This document shows, one piece after another, positions 18,643 to 28,708 of a stretch of 64,000 bases of DNA. The translations under genes and the position numbers were made by a program. The DNA is from Candidatus Levyibacteriota bacterium. GTDB lineage: Bacteria; Patescibacteriota; Microgenomatia; Levybacterales; UBA12049. The stretch lies in assembly GCA_016432345.1 (NCBI GenBank), contig CP066685.1, positions 240,236 to 304,235 of the forward strand, in the 5' to 3' direction. The stretch's first letter is position 1. Each line of letters opens with the position of its first letter. The notes under the pieces are model-generated. The model did not search any database, had not been told where the DNA came from, and saw nothing but the letters and a program-made list of their open reading frames with translations.

Positions 18643-19995
18643 ATGACCGCATCGATTGTCGTAAAATTCGGTGGAACATCGGTAAGTACAAAAAAAAATA
18701 TTCAAACAATTGGTGATGTTGTCCGCCGTTTAAAAGACAAACATCCTGTTGTAGTGGTTTCGGCATTAAGTAAAGTTACAGATTTATTGTTAAGCGCCGC
18801 AAATTCCCCAATCAAAGAAGCAAATGAAAAAATTGAAGAAATAAGAAAAAAACATAAGCAGCTTATTAGAGAATTATGGCAGGACGAAAAATCTGCAAAT
18901 AAGGTTTTTTCTTTTATTAACAAACAACTGCAGCTAGTTAGTCAACTTCTGAAACAAAATAACAAAGATAAGCGTTTACTTGATAGCATTGTTTCACACG
19001 GAGAGATAATATCTTCTTACATAATAAGTCAGTGGTTGACTTATCAAAATATACCGTCTGTTCAAATTGTTGCCACAGAAATAATTGTTACAGATAATAA
19101 TTTTGGATCAGCAGAGTTTTTGGAAAAGCCAACAAAAAAACAGGTCCAAAAAATGCTTTTTCCCCTAATCAAAAACAGTATTGTCCCAATAGTTACAGGA
19201 TTTATTGGAGCAACCAAAGGCGGAAAAGTAACAACGTTGGGCCGTGGAGGATCAGATTATTCAGCATCAATTATTGGTTTTGCGCTTGGTTCAGCAGAAG
19301 TACAAATTTGGACCGATGTTGATGGCGTTTTTACCGCTGACCCGCGGGTTGTCAAAACAGCACGATCAATTCCAGAAATTACTTTCCAGGAAGCGTCTGA
19401 AATGGCATTTTTAGGCGCAAAAGTTTTACATCCTCGTACCATGCGACCGGTGGCAAAGGCAGGTATTTCTGTACGAATATTAAATACATTTAATCCTAAA
19501 AATCAAGGTACGAGGATCGTAAGTAGAAAAGAAAGAAAAAGCAGAATTACTGCGATTACTTTTAAGAGAAAAGTAGTTTTACTAACAATTAAAGCGGAGC
19601 AGATGTTTATGACAACAGGATTTTTAGCAAAAATATTTGATATTTTTAAAGAGGCAAATATTTCGGTTGATTTGGTTAGCGTGTCGGAAGTAACCGTATC
19701 TTTAACCCTTGATATGGTGGATAATTTGCAGGACGCGGTTAAAAAAATAGATAAATTTTCCCGCATAGTAGTTGACCAAGATGCCGCGGTTGTGTCGGTG
19801 ATTGGTGAGCATATTGGAAGGTATCATCATGCAATACGCAATGTTTTTTCGATTCTTGATAAAAAACATATCCGGGTAAAAATGATTTCCTTTAGCGCCC
19901 AAAACCGCAACATCAGTTGTGTTATTAAAAGCTCGTGTTGGGAGGAAGCTGTACAAGCGCTGCATGATGAGTTATTATTAGGAGGAGGAAAATGA
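18643..19995 (+). CDS. lysC: Aspartate kinase
   Basis: KFGGTSV, TTLGRGGSDYSA, WTDVDGVFTADPR, C-terminal ACT domains. Confidence 0.95.
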   Translation: MTASIVVKFGGTSVSTKKNIQTIGDVVRRLKDKHPVVVVSALSKVTDLLLSAANSPIKEANEKIEEIRKKHKQLIRELWQDEKSANKVFSFINKQLQLVSQLLKQNNKDKRLLDSIVSHGEIISSYIISQWLTYQNIPSVQIVATEIIVTDNNFGSAEFLEKPTKKQVQKMLFPLIKNSIVPIVTGFIGATKGGKVTTLGRGGSDYSASIIGFALGSAEVQIWTDVDGVFTADPRVVKTARSIPEITFQEASEMAFLGAKVLHPRTMRPVAKAGISVRILNTFNPKNQGTRIVSRKERKSRITAITFKRKVVLLTIKAEQMFMTTGFLAKIFDIFKEANISVDLVSVSEVTVSLTLDMVDNLQDAVKKIDKFSRIVVDQDAAVVSVIGEHIGRYHHAIRNVFSILDKKHIRVKMISFSAQNRNISCVIKSSCWEEAVQALHDELLLGGGK

Positions 19996-20732
19996 AAATA
20001 GCGCTGATCGGGCATGGAAACATGGGGCAAGAAATTCATACTCTTCTTAAAGAGGATAATAAGCATGAAATTGTATCCGTAAGTTATAAAAATATTACCG
20101 ACAAATTAGATATTAATACTATAAAAAAAGCAGACGTGGCAATTGATTTTACCTCGGCAGATATTGTTTTGGATACTATAGAGAAAGTTGCATCGCAAGG
20201 AATAAATTTAGTTGTTGGAACAACAGGTTGGTACGACAAACTTTCTGATGTCGAAAAAATTGTTAAAAAAACAAAGATTGGACTGATTTTTGGAAAGAAT
20301 TTTTCGCTAGGAGCAAATATATTTTTTCAGATTGTCGGTTTTTCGGCAAAGCTTTTTGCGAAGTATGGTAAGTATGATGTTGCCGGATTTGAAATGCATC
20401 ACACAGGTAAAAAAGATAGTCCCAGTGGAACGGCTAAAAAATTAGCAGCAGTGATTATGGAAAACTTTCCCAAGAAAAAAACACTAGAGACAGGAAGACT
20501 AGATAGGCAAATTCGCGAAGATGAGTTACATTTTGCATCGATACGAGCTGGGCGAAATTTTGGTTATCACGAAGTGCTTTTTGACAGTCAGGCAGACGAA
20601 GTAAAACTTTCGCACGCGGCGCATAGCAGGCGCGGATTTGCCGAAGGGGCTATACTTGCCGCGCAATATATAAAAGGAAAGAAAGGCATTTACGGCTTTG
20701 AAGATTCATTTTTAAAGGGGGTGATAAAATGA
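19992..20732 (+). CDS. dapB: 4-hydroxy-tetrahydrodipicolinate reductase
   Basis: IDFT, VVGTTG, E.HH..KKDSPSGTA, R.GFA.GA. Confidence 0.95.
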   Translation: MKIALIGHGNMGQEIHTLLKEDNKHEIVSVSYKNITDKLDINTIKKADVAIDFTSADIVLDTIEKVASQGINLVVGTTGWYDKLSDVEKIVKKTKIGLIFGKNFSLGANIFFQIVGFSAKLFAKYGKYDVAGFEMHHTGKKDSPSGTAKKLAAVIMENFPKKKTLETGRLDRQIREDELHFASIRAGRNFGYHEVLFDSQADEVKLSHAAHSRRGFAEGAILAAQYIKGKKGIYGFEDSFLKGVIK

Positions 20733-21613
20733 AAAAATTAATCGGCGCAATTACAGCATTAGTTACACCATTTACAGAAAACGGGAAAGTTGATATTGCG
20801 GCTCTTCGTAAGTTGGTTAGGTTTCAGATAGAAAGTGGAATTAGCGGACTTGTTCCCTGCGGTTCAACAGGAGAAGCAGCAACTCTTTCCGAGGAGGAAT
20901 ATCAATTAGTTATTTCAACAGTAGTAAAAGAAGTAAAGGGAAAAGTTCCTGTAGTTGCTGGCGCAGGCAGCAATGACACTGTTAAGGCAATAAAAAACTC
21001 CAAGATTGCCAAAAAAGCAGGAGCAGATATGCTTTTGCATGTAACTCCTTACTATAACAAGCCAACACCAGCAGGACTTTTAGCGCATTTTAAAACAATA
21101 GCAAATGCAGTTGATATGCCAATTATTCTTTACAATGTGCCGGGACGAACAGGTTCAAACATAACTGCTGCAACAACTTTAGATATTGCCAAAAAAGTAG
21201 ACCATGTTATTGGTGTTAAAGAAGCATCGGGAAATATTAATCAAATGATGGAGATTGTTAAAGGAGCGCCATCACATTTTTCGATATTATCGGGAGATGA
21301 TGCATTGACCCTGCCGCTTATTGCCGTGGGTGGGCAGGGCATTATTTCGGTAGTTGCTAATGAAACACCAAAAGAATTTTCGGATATGGTCAATTTTGCC
21401 TTAAACGGGAATTTTGAGAAAGCAAAAAATTTACACTACAAACTGCTTGATTTAATGAATGTTAATTTTATTGAATCAAACCCAATTCCTGTAAAGACAG
21501 CGCTAGCGTTAATGGGGAAAATTAAGGAAGTGTATCGTTTGCCGCTGACCAAAATAAGCGATAAAAATAAAGAAGTTGTAGCAAATGTTTTGAAAGAAGG
21601 AGGGTGGTTATAA
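20729..21613 (+). CDS. dapA: 4-hydroxy-tetrahydrodipicolinate synthase
   Basis: GSTGE, VTPYYNKP, YNVPGRTG, GVKEASG, ESNPIPVK. Confidence 0.97.
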   Translation: MKKLIGAITALVTPFTENGKVDIAALRKLVRFQIESGISGLVPCGSTGEAATLSEEEYQLVISTVVKEVKGKVPVVAGAGSNDTVKAIKNSKIAKKAGADMLLHVTPYYNKPTPAGLLAHFKTIANAVDMPIILYNVPGRTGSNITAATTLDIAKKVDHVIGVKEASGNINQMMEIVKGAPSHFSILSGDDALTLPLIAVGGQGIISVVANETPKEFSDMVNFALNGNFEKAKNLHYKLLDLMNVNFIESNPIPVKTALALMGKIKEVYRLPLTKISDKNKEVVANVLKEGGWL

Positions 21614-22689
21614 TGGTAAAAATTCCTGTTGGTATTTTAGGCGCAACAGGTATGGTTGGGCAGAGGTTTGTTACTCTCTTAAAAAATCATCCTTGGTTTA
21701 CAGTCGCTTGTGTTGCCGCATCAGCAAAATCTGCTGGAAAGTATTATAAAGAAGCAGTAGAAAATCGCTGGGTAATGAAAGAAAAAATTCCAGACGAGAT
21801 TGCTCGTCTTTCTGTTTGTGCAGTGGAAAACGACATGAACAGAATTGCCAAGCAAGTTTCTTTTGTTTTTTCGGCTCTAGACATGGAAAAAGAGACAATT
21901 AAGGTTATTGAAAATAATTTTGCCAGTCGGGATATTCCTGTTATTTCCAATAATTCTGCGCACAGGTGGACAGAAGATGTCCCGATGATTATACCCGAGA
22001 TAAATGCTAATCACCTTTCTATTATTTCAGCGCAACAAAAACATCATGGGTGGAAAAAAGGATTTATTGTGGTAAAACCTAATTGTTCAATTCAATCTTA
22101 TGTGCCACTGCTTACACCACTTATGCAATTTCAGCCAAAAAAAATAGCAGTCACAACGCTTCAGGCAGTATCTGGGGCCGGAAAAACATTAGCCTCTTGG
22201 CCGGAAATGCAGGAGAATGTGATTCCATACATTGGAGGGGAAGAAGAAAAAAGTGAAAAAGAACCAATGAAAATTTGGGGAAAAGTCGAGAATGGAACTA
22301 TTAAAATTGCTAAAGAACAGGAAATTAGCGCAACCTGCATTCGGGTACCAGTTAATGATGGACATATGGCATCGGTTTTTGTGTCATTTGCCAAAAAACC
22401 AACACGAGAACAAATTCTTGCGGCATGGAAATCGTTCGATCCGCTCAAAAATCTCGATCTTCCTTCTGCTCCACATCCATTTATTACGGTATTTGAGGAG
22501 GATAATAGACCTCAAACACATCTTGATAGAGATTTGGGTAATGGAATGGGAATTAGCGTGGGGAGACTTAGAGAAGACAAAATATTTGATTATAAATTTA
22601 TTGGTCTTTCCCATAACACCATCCGCGGCGCAGCAGGGGGCGCAGTCCTCACCGCAGAATTATTAAAAGCAAAAGGGTTTATTAAGTGA
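21613..22689 (+). CDS. asd: Aspartate-semialdehyde dehydrogenase
   Basis: GATGMVGQ, PNCS, QAVSGAG, CIRVPV..GH, HNTIRGAAGG. Confidence 0.95.
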   Translation: MVKIPVGILGATGMVGQRFVTLLKNHPWFTVACVAASAKSAGKYYKEAVENRWVMKEKIPDEIARLSVCAVENDMNRIAKQVSFVFSALDMEKETIKVIENNFASRDIPVISNNSAHRWTEDVPMIIPEINANHLSIISAQQKHHGWKKGFIVVKPNCSIQSYVPLLTPLMQFQPKKIAVTTLQAVSGAGKTLASWPEMQENVIPYIGGEEEKSEKEPMKIWGKVENGTIKIAKEQEISATCIRVPVNDGHMASVFVSFAKKPTREQILAAWKSFDPLKNLDLPSAPHPFITVFEEDNRPQTHLDRDLGNGMGISVGRLREDKIFDYKFIGLSHNTIRGAAGGAVLTAELLKAKGFIK

Positions 22690-22690
22690 C

Positions 22691-23884
22691 ATGGCAACAA
22701 TAAATAGGAATTACGACAAACTGGGAGGCGGGTATTTATTTTCCGAAATAACAAGACGTACAAAAGCATTTCAGGAAAAACATCCTAGTATAATGCTTTT
22801 GCGTCTTGGTATTGGTAATACAACACAATCGCTTACCCCGACGGTTATTAAAGGTTTGCAATCTGGTGTTGAAAAACTTGCAGATGCAAAAACGTATACC
22901 GGTTATGGCGACGAGCGGGGAGATATTAGACTTCGATTTGCATTTGCCAATTGGTATAAAGAGAGAGGCATAAATCTTACCACATCGGAAATTTTTATTT
23001 CTGATGGCGCCAAACCCGACACTGCCAATATCCAATCTATTTTTGGGCAAAATTGTGTTGTGGCAGTTTCTGATCCAGCATACCCTGTGTATGTAGATAC
23101 GGCAATTATTGGGGGGCGAAAAATCGTATATATGCCATGCATAAAAGATAATGGTTTTATCCCGTCTCTGCCAAAAGGAAAAGTGGATATCATCTATATT
23201 TGCAGTCCTAATAATCCAACAGGCGCTGTTGTCACCAAAAAACAATTGCAAGCATTTGTTGATTATGCCATAAAATATAAAGCTGTTATTGTTTTTGACG
23301 CAGCTTATTCTGAATATATAACAGATAAAAATTTGCCAAAGAGCATTTACGAAATACCTGGCGCCAAAAAATGCGCCATAGAAATAAGTAGTTTTTCGAA
23401 GTGGGCCGGGTTTACAGGAGTACGTTTGGGCTGGACTGTGGTGCCAATTGATTTGGTTGTGGAAGGTTCAGAAAAAGGAAAGGTAAATAGTTTGTGGAAC
23501 AGGCGACAGATAACCATGTTTAACGGTGCATCCAATATTGCTCAAGAGGGTGGGCTTGCAGTGTTGTCGGAGAAAGGGCAAAAAGAATCGAAAGAATTAA
23601 TTAGTTATTACATGAAGAATGCGGCAATTATTAAAAAGGGTTTTTCAAAAATAGGTTTGCAAGTTTTTGGCGGAGAAAATGCACCGTACATCTGGCTTAA
23701 AACTCCTCAAAAAATGAGTTCCTGGGATTTTTTTGATAAATTATTAAACGAAGCACATGTGGTGGGTACTCCTGGTGTTGGTTTTGGCCCACAAGGAGAG
23801 GGATATTTCCGTTTAAGCGCTTTTGGTAATCGGGAGCAAATCGAAAAAGCAATCAAAAGCATTCAAGAAAATCTAAAACTATGA
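22691..23884 (+). CDS. dapL: LL-diaminopimelate aminotransferase
   Basis: YLF..I, LGIGNT, SDGAK.D, CSPNNPTG, SFSK.AGFTGVRLG, FNGASNIAQ. Confidence 0.93.
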   Translation: MATINRNYDKLGGGYLFSEITRRTKAFQEKHPSIMLLRLGIGNTTQSLTPTVIKGLQSGVEKLADAKTYTGYGDERGDIRLRFAFANWYKERGINLTTSEIFISDGAKPDTANIQSIFGQNCVVAVSDPAYPVYVDTAIIGGRKIVYMPCIKDNGFIPSLPKGKVDIIYICSPNNPTGAVVTKKQLQAFVDYAIKYKAVIVFDAAYSEYITDKNLPKSIYEIPGAKKCAIEISSFSKWAGFTGVRLGWTVVPIDLVVEGSEKGKVNSLWNRRQITMFNGASNIAQEGGLAVLSEKGQKESKELISYYMKNAAIIKKGFSKIGLQVFGGENAPYIWLKTPQKMSSWDFFDKLLNEAHVVGTPGVGFGPQGEGYFRLSAFGNREQIEKAIKSIQENLKL

Positions 23885-25131
23885 CACAAAAAACATTGCC
23901 TTTTACAAAATCACAGATCGAAAAAATTATAAAAGAGTATCCGACCCCATTTCATATCTATGATGAAAAGGGAATCCGAGAGAATGCAAAAAAACTATAT
24001 AAGGCATTTTCATGGATAGAAGGATTCAAAAATTATTTTGCTGTAAAGGCAAATCCCAATCCATACCTAATCAAAATAGCAAAAGAGGAAGGAATGGGGG
24101 TTGATTGTAGTTCGTTAACAGAACTTATTCTTGCCGAAAAACTTGGGTTTAGAGATGAAGAAATTATGTTTTCTTCAAATGAAACTCATTTCCGTGAATT
24201 TCAAAAAGCAAAACAGTTGGGGGCAATTATAAATTTGGATGATATTTCACTCTTGTCATATTTAGAAAAACATGCAGGTTTACCGGAGATACTTTGTTTT
24301 CGTTATAACCCTGGGCCGCTACGGGAGGGAAATAGATTTATTGGTAATCCCAAAGAGGCAAAATTTGGTATGACAAAAAAACAATTATTTGATGGGTGTA
24401 AAACTGCCCGAGATAAAGGTGTCAAGCGTTTTGGATTGCATACTATGGTTGTCTCAAACGAGCTAGATGTAAATGCTCATGTTGAAACTGCGGCAATGCT
24501 TTTTGATTTAGTAGTCGAATTGTCAAAAAAACTCGGTATTAAATTTGAGTTTGTAAATTTAGGTGGCGGCATTGGTATTCCGTATAAACCGGAGCAAAAA
24601 TCGGTTGACTATATTTTTTTGTCAAAGGAAATCAAGAAACTATATGGAAAGAAAATTGTTGAGAATAAACTTAATCCACTACGAATTCTCATGGAGAATG
24701 GGAGGCTTATTATTGGTCCGTATGGATATTTAGTTACAACAGTTCTTCACAAAAAGGAAATTTATAAAAATTATGTAGGCGTTGATGCATGCATGGCCAA
24801 TCTTATGCGTCCTGGTATGTATGGCGCATATCATCACGAGACAATTCTTGGAAAAGAAAACAAACCGAAAAATTATACCTATGATGTTGTGGGTTCGCTT
24901 TGCGAAAACAATGATAAATTTGCCATTGACAGAAAACTGCCAAAAGTTGAGATTGGTGATATTTTGGTTATTCACGATACCGGCGCGCATGGATACTCTA
25001 TGGGTTTTCAATATAACGGTAAACTTAGGTCAGCAGAGCTTTTGCTAAAGTCAGATGGATCAATAAAGAAAATTCGCCGCGCAGAAACAATAGATGATTA
25101 TTTTGCCACATTAGACTTTAAAGGACTATAA
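23881..25131 (+). CDS. lysA: Diaminopimelate decarboxylase
   Basis: FAVKANPN, AKFG, NLGGGIG, MRPGMYGAYH, VGSLCENND, GAHG.SMG..YN. Confidence 0.93.
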   Translation: MTQKTLPFTKSQIEKIIKEYPTPFHIYDEKGIRENAKKLYKAFSWIEGFKNYFAVKANPNPYLIKIAKEEGMGVDCSSLTELILAEKLGFRDEEIMFSSNETHFREFQKAKQLGAIINLDDISLLSYLEKHAGLPEILCFRYNPGPLREGNRFIGNPKEAKFGMTKKQLFDGCKTARDKGVKRFGLHTMVVSNELDVNAHVETAAMLFDLVVELSKKLGIKFEFVNLGGGIGIPYKPEQKSVDYIFLSKEIKKLYGKKIVENKLNPLRILMENGRLIIGPYGYLVTTVLHKKEIYKNYVGVDACMANLMRPGMYGAYHHETILGKENKPKNYTYDVVGSLCENNDKFAIDRKLPKVEIGDILVIHDTGAHGYSMGFQYNGKLRSAELLLKSDGSIKKIRRAETIDDYFATLDFKGL

Positions 25132-25138
25132 TAATACT

Positions 25139-26656
25139 ATGTTTTGGGCAGATGCTGTTGCGCAGGAATTAAAAAAAAGGAAGTTGCCGCTTGAATGGGT
25201 AGACGACATGAAAACTCCAAGCGGGAAAATTCATGTTGGCGCGCTTCGTGGGGTTGTAGTTCATGATCTTGCATATAAAGCTCTGCTAAGTTTAGGAGTT
25301 AAAGCAAAATATACTTATGTATTTGAAGATCAGGATCCTATGGACGGATTACCTGTTTATTTAGATCAGAATAAATACCAACAATATATGGGTTTGCCGT
25401 TATTTAAAGTTCCATCCCCCGAGAAAGGTTACGAAAACTACGCAAGATATTATGCGTCTGATTTTAAAAAAGTTTTTAACGCAATAGGATGTAATCCAGA
25501 AATCATTTGGGTTACAGATTTATATAAAAGTGGGCGAATGAATGATTGTATAAAACAAGCCTTAGATAAATCACAAGAAATAAAAAAAATCTATGAAGCA
25601 ATGTACAAAAAACAAATTTCTGATCCATGGTATCCATTTCAAGTGTATTGTGTTTCTTGTGGAAAAGTGTCAACAACAAAAGTAACAGATTGGGATGGAA
25701 AAGAAGTTACATTTACTTGTAATGTAGATGCGGTTAAATACACAAAAGGATGTGGATTTATAGGTAAAGCATCGCCCTTTAGCGATGAAAAAGAAGTTAG
25801 GGGAAAACTACCATGGAAAGTAGAATGGCCGGCAAAGTGGAAAACAATTGGAATTACTGTAGAAGGTGGAGGTAAAGATCATATGAGCGCTGGAGGCTCA
25901 TACGATCTTTCTTCGCAGATAGCAAAGAAAATTTTTGCTTATTCTCCTCCGTTTGCTTTGCCTTATGAATTTTTTTTGGTAGGAGGTAAAAAAATGTCTT
26001 CGTCTAAAGGTTTAGGGTCTTCTGCCTCTGACATGCTTGAAATTTTACCGCCAGAACTATTGCGGTTTTTAATGGTGAAAACAAAAATTAATCAGGCAAT
26101 TAATTTCGACCCTGCAGAAAAAGATACGATTTCAACACTTTTTGATGAGTATCAAAAAGCAGCAGAGGCATATTTTGAAAAAACGAGTGATGATTTAGCG
26201 CGAACTTTCGAATTATCACAAATAGATAAAGTAAAAAAACCACCTACGGTACGTTTTTCTGTTTTGGCGCAGTGGGTACAGATGCCAAATATGGATTTGG
26301 AAATTAAAAAAGAGGGTTTGGAGGAATGGGCAAAATATGCCAGGATTTGGGTAGAGCGGTTTGCCCCGGAATCGGAAAAATTTGTTGTACAAAAAGAATT
26401 ACCAGAGCAAGCCAAAAATTTGTCAGGACTGCAAAAACAGTTTCTTGCAAGATTATCAAGTGAATTAGATAAAAATTGGATTGCCGAAGATTTGCAAAAA
26501 AACCTTTTTGAATGGGCAAAAGAATTGGGTGTCTCTTCTAAAGATGCGTTTGCTGCAATATATTTATCGTTAATAGGCAAAGACCACGGCCCAAAAGCAG
26601 GGTGGATTATTTTATCCCTCGATAAAGAGTTTGTTAAAAAGAGGTTTAATGAGTAA
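25139..26656 (+). CDS. lysS: Lysine--tRNA ligase, class I
   Basis: TPSGKIHVG, GKLPWKVEWPAKW, GGKDH, KMSSSKG, GPKAG: class I LysRS motifs. Confidence 0.93.
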   Translation: MFWADAVAQELKKRKLPLEWVDDMKTPSGKIHVGALRGVVVHDLAYKALLSLGVKAKYTYVFEDQDPMDGLPVYLDQNKYQQYMGLPLFKVPSPEKGYENYARYYASDFKKVFNAIGCNPEIIWVTDLYKSGRMNDCIKQALDKSQEIKKIYEAMYKKQISDPWYPFQVYCVSCGKVSTTKVTDWDGKEVTFTCNVDAVKYTKGCGFIGKASPFSDEKEVRGKLPWKVEWPAKWKTIGITVEGGGKDHMSAGGSYDLSSQIAKKIFAYSPPFALPYEFFLVGGKKMSSSKGLGSSASDMLEILPPELLRFLMVKTKINQAINFDPAEKDTISTLFDEYQKAAEAYFEKTSDDLARTFELSQIDKVKKPPTVRFSVLAQWVQMPNMDLEIKKEGLEEWAKYARIWVERFAPESEKFVVQKELPEQAKNLSGLQKQFLARLSSELDKNWIAEDLQKNLFEWAKELGVSSKDAFAAIYLSLIGKDHGPKAGWIILSLDKEFVKKRFNE

Positions 26657-28103
26657 ATTATTTTTTCTTTTGGCTTTGCTTTTTCTTTTTACGAGACTGT
26701 ATAATCTAACCCTTTTACCTATTTTTACCGACGAGGCTATTTATATTTATTGGGCAAAGTACATTGCTACATTTCATAGTCATTTTTTTATGTCCTTAAC
26801 CGATGGTAAGCCACCGCTTTTTATTTGGTTTATTGCTTTGCTTTTGCAGGTATTTCCGCAAGATATATATCTTGCTGCCGGAAGATTAATTTCTGTTATT
26901 GCCGGCGGAGCAACTATTGTTGGAATTTACAAACTAACCAATCTTCTTTTTTCTTCAAAAAAAATTGCGTATCTTGCTGTATTTTTTTCTATTATGAATC
27001 CATTTATGCTTTTGTATGACCGACTGGCACTTTACGACAGTTTGCTTTCTGCTTTTCTTTTATGGAGTGTATACTTTGCTGTTAAGACTGCAAGTACATT
27101 AGCAAAAAAAGATGCATTGCTTTGGGGATTATTTTTGGGTTTGGGTTTTCTAACAAAACCTCCGGCAGTTATTTTTGCATTACTTACGCCTCTTTGTTTT
27201 TTTGTTTTGATCTGGAGAAAACATAAAATAACAAAGATAGTATTGTTACCTCTTATTGCAGTAGGTATCGCAGAATTGATGAATAGCATCCAAAGATTTT
27301 CTTTTAACTACCAGCTTATGGTTGAAAAAAATCAAAAATTTCAGCTTCCGGTTAACGAACTATTTTCTGCGCCATTTTACGAAATAGGAAAAAATTTTAA
27401 TGAATTATCCCAGTGGATAATTGCATATTACACAATTCCTATATTTATTGCTGGAGTTATCGGATTGCTGGTTATTTTGTATAAAGATTTTCGAAAAGGC
27501 AGTTTGCTTTTTATTCTATGGTTTGTGCCAATTATTATTTTTGCAACGGTCGGAAAAATACTTTTTCCAAGATATATTCTTTTTACCACTCCGTATTTTT
27601 TGATAGCTATCTCGGCAGTTTTATATCAAATAAAAGTTGCAAAAGTACGAATCACATTACTTATTTTTTTGTTTTTTTTGTCATTGCAATTTGATTATTT
27701 TCTGATTACAAATCCCACAAAGGCTTCATTGCCGCTTACCGATTACAATCAATATATAACAAGTGAATATTCTGGATATGGGCTAGATAAGACATTTGCT
27801 TTTCTTGATAAAGAATTAGATAATGGCCCGCGTATTACTCTGATAACAGAGGGAAAGTTTGGTCTTTTTCCTTATGCGTTTATGTTAGAGTATTGGCACG
27901 ACCCGCGCATAACTATTATTCCAAGTTGGATTCCAGACAAAAACGAGTTTGATTTATATAATCTTGCAAAATCTGCCAAAGCACTTGTGGTATTCAGCAG
28001 GCAAAAAGATGTCCCAAAATCGTACCCATTGCGTTTGGTCCTAAAAGCAGAAAAGCCGGGCCGAAGGCACCCAATATTACTTACAACATTACAAGATAGA
28101 TGA
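26649..28103 (+). CDS. GT-C (family 39/ArnT/PMT-like) membrane glycosyltransferase
   Basis: PIFTDEAIY, DGKPPLF, multi-TM, FPRY motif. Confidence 0.8.
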   Translation: MSKLFFLLALLFLFTRLYNLTLLPIFTDEAIYIYWAKYIATFHSHFFMSLTDGKPPLFIWFIALLLQVFPQDIYLAAGRLISVIAGGATIVGIYKLTNLLFSSKKIAYLAVFFSIMNPFMLLYDRLALYDSLLSAFLLWSVYFAVKTASTLAKKDALLWGLFLGLGFLTKPPAVIFALLTPLCFFVLIWRKHKITKIVLLPLIAVGIAELMNSIQRFSFNYQLMVEKNQKFQLPVNELFSAPFYEIGKNFNELSQWIIAYYTIPIFIAGVIGLLVILYKDFRKGSLLFILWFVPIIIFATVGKILFPRYILFTTPYFLIAISAVLYQIKVAKVRITLLIFLFFLSLQFDYFLITNPTKASLPLTDYNQYITSEYSGYGLDKTFAFLDKELDNGPRITLITEGKFGLFPYAFMLEYWHDPRITIIPSWIPDKNEFDLYNLAKSAKALVVFSRQKDVPKSYPLRLVLKAEKPGRRHPILLTTLQDR

Positions 28104-28708
28104 ATTTATTAATTGCCACAACAAATAAAGGAAAACTTGCGGAATTAAAAACTTTTTTACAAGATGTTCCCGTTGAATTAGTGTCTTTATCAGATGTCGG
28201 GATAACAGATGATGTAGAAGAAACAGGAAAAACCTACAAAGAAAATTCTCAAAAAAAAGCTCTATTTTATGCCAGAAAAAGCAATCTTCCGGTAATTGCC
28301 GATGATGGAGGTTTGGAAATAGATGCGTTAGGGGGTGCGCCTGGAGTTAAATCTAGGCGATGGTTGGGAAAGGCTGAATCTGATGAAGTACTACTTAATC
28401 ATTTAGCAAGTGTGGCAAAAAATCTCCCCTATGAAAATAGGAAGGCGTGGTTTAAAACAGTTATTTCTTTTGCTTTACCCAATGGAAAAGTATGGAGTGT
28501 GAGTGGAGAAGTTGAAGGGATTATTGCAGAAAAACCGCACGTAAAAATTCTTAAAGGTTATCCGTATCGGTCGTTTTTTTATTTGCCGAAGATAAAAAAG
28601 TATTATCACGAAGATCAGTTATCAGATAAGGAACAAAAGTTGTATAATCATAGATATAAGGCGATAGAAAAATTAAAGCCCATAATTAAAAAGTATGTTA
28701 GACATTAA
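28100..28708 (+). CDS. rdgB: Non-canonical purine NTP pyrophosphatase (RdgB/Ham1)
   Basis: IATTNKGK, EETGKTY.EN..KKA, ADDGGLEIDALGGAPGV.S.R, HR.KA. Confidence 0.9.
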   Translation: MNLLIATTNKGKLAELKTFLQDVPVELVSLSDVGITDDVEETGKTYKENSQKKALFYARKSNLPVIADDGGLEIDALGGAPGVKSRRWLGKAESDEVLLNHLASVAKNLPYENRKAWFKTVISFALPNGKVWSVSGEVEGIIAEKPHVKILKGYPYRSFFYLPKIKKYYHEDQLSDKEQKLYNHRYKAIEKLKPIIKKYVRH

